From Fidelibacterota bacterium (GTDB lineage: Bacteria > Fidelibacterota > UBA8477 > JABMPR01): 64,000 nucleotides of DNA. The stretch is from contig JAJRSW010000053.1 in assembly GCA_024278595.1 (NCBI GenBank), positions 4,488 through 68,487 of the forward strand, in the 5' to 3' direction. A program made the position numbers and the translations under genes. Under the pieces are notes generated by a model. It did not search any database. It saw only the letters and a program-made list of their open reading frames with translations, and was not told where the DNA came from. Below, in pieces: positions 58,354-64,000 of this stretch (its first letter is position 1; every line of letters starts with the position of its first letter).

Positions 58354-60038
58354 TTTATTTTTCGCGCCTCAAAGTAGCCAGCCAGTTCGGCTGTATTCAT
58401 TGTGTTGATGGCATCCTCAGGTGCTAAACCACCTTTCCGAGCTATGGTAATCCCGTAGGATATGCTCTCCAAGCCTTTCAGGCTATGGGCATCCGGATTT
58501 ATGGATACTTTTACGCCCAGCTTTTGGGTCAAGCTCAAATAGCGCCAATCCAGATCCAGCCGTTTGGGCGTGCTATTGATCTCGATGACCTTGTCATATT
58601 CAGCGGCCGCCTCGATCACAGCCGGCAGATCCGGGTTATAGCCCTCTCTGGCCAGCAGCATTCGGCCAGTGGGATGTCCCAGAATTGTTGTGTAGGGACT
58701 TTGGAGAGCTCTGATAAGTCGATCGGTTTGCTCCACCGGACTCAAATGAAAATGACTGTGGATGGAGGCAATGACAAAATCGAAGCCGGATAATAGTTCC
58801 TCAGTATAATCTAAACGGCCATCTGCCAGGATATCTGCTTCGATACCCTTGAATATCCTGAAGTCCTGGTACAGTTCATTCAGTTCATCAATTCGATCCC
58901 ACTGGGCTCTGACACGGTCCGGCTTAAGCCCATTGGCATAATAAGCTGCTTGAGAATGGTCGCTGATACCCAGGTATTTATAACCCAGATTTCTGGTACC
59001 TTCTACCATCTCCTGCAGGCTATTTATCCCATCACTCCAGGTAGAATGGGCATGCAATACGCCCCTGATATCTGACTTCCGGATCAGTGTCCGATCCGCA
59101 GGAAAAGTATTAAAGCCATCTCTCAACTCAGGCTCGATCCATTGAAGACCCAGATGATCACATAGATCGGTCTCGCTAGCGAAAGATGTAACCTGACCCG
59201 TAAAGCTGATCTGTCCCGGTTCCAGACCTTTTTCGGATAGAACAGATCCAATTTGCTCCAGATAGGCCTGGCCCCCGGTGAGCAGGAGTTGGCGAGCTTG
59301 AAACGTCTCTGGCGTGGCGAGCCAAAGCTGGATCGGCATACCAGAGGGATCCATGATGACCACGGGCTCAGCCCCCAGGGGTTTAACAGCCAGTCTGGTT
59401 TTCAAGTCTTCAGTTAGGATATCCAGCTCGGCCTCAACTACAAAATCTACCCTCCGGATCAGTTCATTACCCCGGCGCAGTTGGCCAGTGAGTTCGACCT
59501 GTTGCACAGCGGGCAGTTCTAATAATGTCTCCAGCCAGGCCTTGGCCACACCGCTGGCAAGATTAAGCTTAAAATCTTTAAGATGTTTGGTTTTGAAAGC
59601 GATGGACTTGAGGAGTTGCTGTTCCAGTTTAGGACCAAAACCCTGCCATCCGGCGACCGCATTTGATAGACAGGCCTTTTCAAGAGAAGCCATGTCTGTG
59701 ATTTGATGCTCCTGCCAGAGGATCTGAACTTTTTTCAGACCCAGACCTTTTAGATCAAGCAGATCTGGTAGACCAGGGGGCAGACGTGATTCCAGCTCTT
59801 TTTCATAGCCACTGCCCCCGGATTTGGCATAGTTTAGAATAAGTTTAGCCAGAGTAGCCCCGATACCCTGGACCTGCTTGAGGCGATCTTCATCAATGAG
59901 AACTCCCATCTCTTCAGGATGGGCCGCAATGCTACGGCTGGCTTTTTCGAAGGCTCTGATCTTGTTGGGGTTTTCATTCAAGAGGGTCAACATGGCGGCC
60001 AGACGTTTGATCCGGGCACTGATCTGGGAATTTTTCAT
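58350..60038 (-). CDS. polX: family X DNA polymerase with C-terminal PHP 3'-5' exonuclease domain (PolX)
   Basis: N-terminal Pol beta-like HhH/palm region and a C-terminal PHP domain with HAHSTWSDG, ISDH, HP.. metal-binding motifs. 562 aa. Confidence 0.85.
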   Translation of the reverse strand: MKNSQISARIKRLAAMLTLLNENPNKIRAFEKASRSIAAHPEEMGVLIDEDRLKQVQGIGATLAKLILNYAKSGGSGYEKELESRLPPGLPDLLDLKGLGLKKVQILWQEHQITDMASLEKACLSNAVAGWQGFGPKLEQQLLKSIAFKTKHLKDFKLNLASGVAKAWLETLLELPAVQQVELTGQLRRGNELIRRVDFVVEAELDILTEDLKTRLAVKPLGAEPVVIMDPSGMPIQLWLATPETFQARQLLLTGGQAYLEQIGSVLSEKGLEPGQISFTGQVTSFASETDLCDHLGLQWIEPELRDGFNTFPADRTLIRKSDIRGVLHAHSTWSDGINSLQEMVEGTRNLGYKYLGISDHSQAAYYANGLKPDRVRAQWDRIDELNELYQDFRIFKGIEADILADGRLDYTEELLSGFDFVIASIHSHFHLSPVEQTDRLIRALQSPYTTILGHPTGRMLLAREGYNPDLPAVIEAAAEYDKVIEINSTPKRLDLDWRYLSLTQKLGVKVSINPDAHSLKGLESISYGITIARKGGLAPEDAINTMNTAELAGYFEARKIK

Positions 60039-60164
60039 TGCTCAAAATAGCTGGGGAGGGTGTGAGTTCAATGAGTTTATGAGCTTGCCTCCCGAAGCTT
60101 CAGCGGGCTACCCTGAAGGTGCAATGGATATTTGAATACTGGTGCTACCATTTCATATTGAGCC

Positions 60165-61169
60165 ATGAACGTACTCCGACTTAAACAAAAAAGAATCCTG
60201 ATTGATCTCATGCGGAAGTTTTTCATCAATCAGGGGTTCTTTGAATTGGAAACACCGCTGCTAGTACCCTCTCCAGGGATGGAAGTCCATCTCCATGGCT
60301 TCAAAACGACCTATCTTGATCAACACGGTAAGTCTCAGCAATGCTACTTGCCTACCTCACCGGAATTTGCGCTCAAAAAGGCCTTGGGTGCCGGGTTCGA
60401 AAAAGTGTTCGAAATTGCCCGGGTATTTCGCAATCAGGGTGAATTAGGACCTCGGCATCACCCTGAATTCAACATGTTGGAATGGTATCGGCCAGGTAAC
60501 TATGAGGATATCATGGATGATGTGGCAGTCTTGCTGCTCTACCTAAGCCGACATTTCGTGGATATCAATACACCTGCAGGATTTTCCTGGGATCAAGGTG
60601 TCCTGCGCAGCTCAGTCCAGGAGTGTTTCGCCAGGTATACTGGTCTTGACCTGGTAAAGGGACTGGAGGATCTGACCTATTGGCTCGCATCTGCCAGACA
60701 GGTTTTAAATGAGCTGATTCCTGATAATGAATCTTTTGACGATATTTTTTTCAGGGTCTGGATAGCGTTCATCGAACCAAAGCTGGGAATTGATCAACCT
60801 GAGATTGTGTACGATTATCCGGCTTCCATGGCTGCCCTGTCAAATATCAAAGGTTCTGACCCCCGATGGGCTGAGCGGTTTGAACTGTATATTCAGGGGG
60901 TTGAGATCGGAAATGCTTTTAGTGAATTAACTGATTCCCAGGAACAGATCAGACGTTATAAATCTGCCAATCAGGAGCGTGAGATACTTGGGTATCCGCC
61001 TCACCCGCTGGATGAGGATCTGATCAGTGCTGTTGGGAAGATGAAGCCAACGGGAGGTGTCGCCATTGGTGTGGAGCGTTTGTTAATGGTGCTCACCGGG
61101 GAGTCAGATATTCGAAAGTTCTTTCTGCAACCGTTTTATGGGTCAGAAGGGGCCACAAACCGCACATAA
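60165..61169 (+). CDS. epmA: elongation factor P--(R)-beta-lysine ligase (truncated class II LysRS paralog)
   Basis: Class II motifs FELETPLLV (motif 1), ARVFRNQG..HHPEFNMLEWY (motif 2), GVAIGVERLLMVL (motif 3). 334 aa without an anticodon-binding domain. Confidence 0.85.
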   Translation: MNVLRLKQKRILIDLMRKFFINQGFFELETPLLVPSPGMEVHLHGFKTTYLDQHGKSQQCYLPTSPEFALKKALGAGFEKVFEIARVFRNQGELGPRHHPEFNMLEWYRPGNYEDIMDDVAVLLLYLSRHFVDINTPAGFSWDQGVLRSSVQECFARYTGLDLVKGLEDLTYWLASARQVLNELIPDNESFDDIFFRVWIAFIEPKLGIDQPEIVYDYPASMAALSNIKGSDPRWAERFELYIQGVEIGNAFSELTDSQEQIRRYKSANQEREILGYPPHPLDEDLISAVGKMKPTGGVAIGVERLLMVLTGESDIRKFFLQPFYGSEGATNRT

Positions 61170-62398
61170 AATTCAATCGGTGATTTGGCTCCGAAGGCGC
61201 CCAGAACCACATTCCCACTTTGATCCCGCCAATTGGAAAGCTCACGATCCCGCAGCGATAAACCGGAGTACACATAGTTACCATAATTATAGCTGTAGGA
61301 CTCCAGGATTATGCGATAGATTCCAAGCGGGATTCCTACAAAATTGGCCGGATATACTGGTAACCCGGTATCATCAATATCGATAGCGACAGCCAGATTT
61401 GAGTAGAAACCCTGCGTAGAATCTGTTCCCAGGACCTCATCCATGATCACCCCGCAAAAATTAGTTTCAATGGGAGTATTCCAGGTCAGCGATGCATAGT
61501 TTTCAGTGGAAACGATGATGGTATCTGCCTGGGTTGATGTTCCCGGCCATAATAAATTCAAAGGCGGGGCCAGGACGGTGGTGGACGCTGAGATTATCCT
61601 GCCATCAGTAGTTTCTAACTCAATCGTGTATTCTGTCCCGACACCCAGCTCAACCTGGGAATATTCAGATTTGGGGATGTAGCCGCCATAATAATACCGG
61701 ACAAAAGTTGCGTCCTTTATCTCTGAGGGAGGTCCGTGGGAACCAAAACCCTCATCCCAGTAGCCTGCTTGCCAGGACCAGACAAATTCTGCGACAAATG
61801 CCTGACTTTCAGTTTCCCGCAGGATCACTGAAACCAGGGTGGAGTCGTGGATCAGGGGTAGAATCTCAATATAGTCATCGACATGGGGTTCACCTGGGTC
61901 AGCTATGCCATTCCCGCGACCTTCATACCCACCGTTGGGGCCGTGTTGTTTGATACCAATATCATCATTCAAGGGTTCATCCTCGTCCCATTCACCATTT
62001 TCATTGAGATCGGAGTAGGTCACCCAGTCCCCGTTATCATCAATCCCATTGAACAGCGAAGTATCAGTCACAAGAATGGTGTTATCCACCCGGATAACAG
62101 ATTGCGAGAAATCTGTTGAATTAAGCATCCCTTCAATCCGTAGCTCCTGCTCATAATTCTTAAAGGCATCCGCGAAGTCTGCAATACTGAGTTCTTCCGT
62201 ACAGGATTGAACAAGGAAGATGGAAACAGGGATCAGGAAGATGGATTGATAGCGTCTTTGTAAAACCAATGGATGTTTCGAAGTGGATGAAACAATTTCC
62301 AGGTCGAGATCACTGCGTACCCTGCTTATGCTTCCGAAAGCGTGTGTAAAATTCACCAAATAGGCGGACAAATATTTTTTTAAGTTCATGGGCATCAC
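61136..62398 (-). CDS. hypothetical exported protein/lipoprotein downstream of a TonB-dependent receptor gene
   Basis: Internal hydrophobic signal-like segment (SIFLIPVSIFLVQSC) followed by a soluble domain rich in beta-strand-forming residues. N-terminal extension uncertain. 33-nt convergent overlap with epmA. Confidence 0.4.
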   Translation of the reverse strand: MMPMNLKKYLSAYLVNFTHAFGSISRVRSDLDLEIVSSTSKHPLVLQRRYQSIFLIPVSIFLVQSCTEELSIADFADAFKNYEQELRIEGMLNSTDFSQSVIRVDNTILVTDTSLFNGIDDNGDWVTYSDLNENGEWDEDEPLNDDIGIKQHGPNGGYEGRGNGIADPGEPHVDDYIEILPLIHDSTLVSVILRETESQAFVAEFVWSWQAGYWDEGFGSHGPPSEIKDATFVRYYYGGYIPKSEYSQVELGVGTEYTIELETTDGRIISASTTVLAPPLNLLWPGTSTQADTIIVSTENYASLTWNTPIETNFCGVIMDEVLGTDSTQGFYSNLAVAIDIDDTGLPVYPANFVGIPLGIYRIILESYSYNYGNYVYSGLSLRDRELSNWRDQSGNVVLGAFGAKSPIEFYVRFVAPSDP

Positions 62399-64000
62399 CT
62401 ATAGTTTGAATTCTACGCCGAACGTGGGAAAGAAGGGGAACATGCCAATCCCTTCCACGGTTCCTTCTGCAAGGTCCCAATTGTAGAAAAATGTATTGAA
62501 ATGATTCGTAACATTGATCACCTGGATCTTGAATAGTCCATCAATACCAAAGGGGGTTATCTGGCGGGAATAGCTCACATCCATCCGAAAATACTTGGGA
62601 TAACGGGCTGAGTTACGAAAGCCCTTTAACTCATCCATATTGCGATAAGGATTTGCCAGGTCGTAGTAAGAACCATTCTGGGAATATACATAACCAACTG
62701 TGGGCGTATACAGGTTGGAACTGCTGCTGGTCATGGTTAACCCAAAGGCGTTCTTTTTATTCAAGGTATAATTCAGGACCAGATTAAATGAATGGGGTTG
62801 ATCATATTTTGAGCTGTATACTTCACCATCACTTGCAACGATATCTCCGTCACCATTGAAATCAAATTCCTGTTCACTCTTCATATAGGAATATCCCAAC
62901 CAGCCGGTCAGTTTACCACTATTCTTTTTCAGAAGCACCTCGGTCCCATAGATCTCAGCTGTACCTTCCGTATAATCATCATCCTGATCAATAAAATCCT
63001 GGTTGGGGTTGATCACCAGGGTATTGCTGTAGGGTTTATAATAGCCTTCCAGACTGGCAAACCATCCTTCACCCAGCCATTGTTCGAAGCCTAAGATGTA
63101 GTGTTCCACCGATTTTGCTTTATAATTTTCCGGAATGGGGTTCCAGAAATCAACAATACTGAGAATGGCATCTTCGTCCTGGGCGGTAAAAAGGAATTGA
63201 TTGTATTTCCCCCAGGCACCCTTTAGGGCCAGGTTAGTGGATAAAAGATATTTAAAGCCTAAACGGGGCTCGAAATAGGTGTTTTCATGAGCTGAATATT
63301 TTGAGACCCGCAGGCCGGCCTGGAGCATGATTACCGGGTTGGGCTGCCAGCGCTCCTGTACGATCCCGCTATAGATCATATTGGCCTGATCTTGATCCAA
63401 CAGTTTTTGGTCACCCTGAGAAAGCTCAAAATCAACGCCCAGATCCTTAATTTCGAATCCGGTGGTCAAGGTATGCTCTGAGGAGATAAACCAGTCCAGA
63501 TTCTCCTTTAAGGTCCAATCATCGATCTTGTTAAAGATGACAAAACTGGTGGTTGATGTTTGACCCGCTGTGTCAGTAGCAGTCAGTTCCATATCCACAT
63601 CAAATTTGTAGACCGTATTTGCAAAGGACAGGTTGGAAACAAACCTGGAGTTGGGAATCCAACGCCAGTTGGCACTATTGGTGGTGTTGCCCCAATCCCA
63701 ATTGAAGGTGACTTCATTACTCGATCGACCTACTTCAAAAAAGATCCGATCCTTGCCGGCGTAATGCGAGAATGTCAAGCGGTTGGTGGGGTTTAGATTC
63801 TGGATGATCTTACCCTGTATATCATAGAAATAGTACTGCCATTCCATGGGCTCATCGACATACCAGTAATACACGCGAGCAACTTGATCAAAATAGGTCC
63901 GCCGACCCGACAACATCCAGGAGCCCTTGAGCAAAGGACCTTCAGCTAACAATTTCGAACTCAGTAAATTCACCTCACCCCTGACTTGACTGACATCAAA
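62399..64000 (-). CDS. TonB-dependent receptor-like outer-membrane beta-barrel (C-terminal part; ORF continues beyond window end)
   Basis: Alternating aromatic/hydrophilic beta-strand pattern and a C-terminal ...FGVEFKL ending in an aromatic/aliphatic residue, as in TonB-dependent receptors. The reading frame is open to position 64000. Confidence 0.5.
   Translation of the reverse strand, partial: FDVSQVRGEVNLLSSKLLAEGPLLKGSWMLSGRRTYFDQVARVYYWYVDEPMEWQYYFYDIQGKIIQNLNPTNRLTFSHYAGKDRIFFEVGRSSNEVTFNWDWGNTTNSANWRWIPNSRFVSNLSFANTVYKFDVDMELTATDTAGQTSTTSFVIFNKIDDWTLKENLDWFISSEHTLTTGFEIKDLGVDFELSQGDQKLLDQDQANMIYSGIVQERWQPNPVIMLQAGLRVSKYSAHENTYFEPRLGFKYLLSTNLALKGAWGKYNQFLFTAQDEDAILSIVDFWNPIPENYKAKSVEHYILGFEQWLGEGWFASLEGYYKPYSNTLVINPNQDFIDQDDDYTEGTAEIYGTEVLLKKNSGKLTGWLGYSYMKSEQEFDFNGDGDIVASDGEVYSSKYDQPHSFNLVLNYTLNKKNAFGLTMTSSSSNLYTPTVGYVYSQNGSYYDLANPYRNMDELKGFRNSARYPKYFRMDVSYSRQITPFGIDGLFKIQVINVTNHFNTFFYNWDLAEGTVEGIGMFPFFPTFGVEFKL

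Noticed and set aside
1-64000. CRISPR arrays and rRNA genes
   Set aside because: No regularly spaced direct repeats with unique spacers were seen in any intergenic region. No rRNA-like conserved blocks.

Overview
This is a gene-dense 64 kb chromosomal segment with standard genetic code and roughly 45-50% GC. Lineage clues are a T9SS C-terminal sorting domain on an M6 protease, a Fibrobacter succinogenes major paralogous domain lipoprotein, and an alpha2-type GlyRS. Together they suggest a member of the Fibrobacteres-Chlorobi-Bacteroidetes (FCB) superphylum, possibly an uncultivated lineage. The window has four parts.

1. Positions 1-8.4 kb hold the right-hand part of an integrated phage-like element. 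On the minus strand sits a recombination/regulation module: a DUF669-like protein, a Sak4-like AAA ATPase, a Cas4-like PD-(D/E)XK nuclease, a SpoVG homolog, a sigma-70-like factor, and an XRE repressor with an ImmA/IrrE metallopeptidase. It faces a translationally coupled plus-strand operon ending in a large serine recombinase (small ORF, DUF2924, recombinase, ParB-like HTH protein). Palindromic operator-like sites lie in the divergent switch region between them.

2. Positions 8.6-11.4 kb hold two lipoprotein genes, one carrying the Fib_succ_major domain, and a tRNA-Val(TAC) with its terminator.

3. Positions 12-24 kb are the most interesting region. A tightly coupled minus-strand operon encodes a PAS/GAF hybrid histidine kinase, an HPt-REC-GGDEF-REC diguanylate cyclase, a single REC protein, a HEAT-repeat membrane protein, a processive GT2 synthase (PgaC/BcsA/NodC-like), a TPR plus beta-barrel outer-membrane protein, and a 396-aa membrane-anchored protein I could not match to any family I know. 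An HPt-CheY pair sits just upstream. I read this as a phosphorelay/c-di-GMP-controlled, synthase-dependent exopolysaccharide secretion system of unusual composition.

4. Positions 24-64 kb are housekeeping and envelope genes. They include an LVIVD-repeat lipoprotein, an EamA transporter, a T9SS M6 protease, a HAD hydrolase, EtfAB, a GH15-like glycosidase lipoprotein, a class B acid phosphatase, PAP2, MazG, CorC, YbeY, a 7TM-HD phosphohydrolase, an acyl-CoA dehydrogenase, FabH and RecJ. These are followed by RNase P RNA, a COG1579 zinc-ribbon protein, GlyRS, topA, GalE, glutaryl-CoA dehydrogenase, a FetAB-like ABC exporter, a PC4-like protein, ArsC-family protein, acylphosphatase, Nth, PolX, EpmA, a lipoprotein and a partial TonB-dependent receptor.

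topA is interrupted by an in-frame TAA. No CRISPR array and no rRNA were found.
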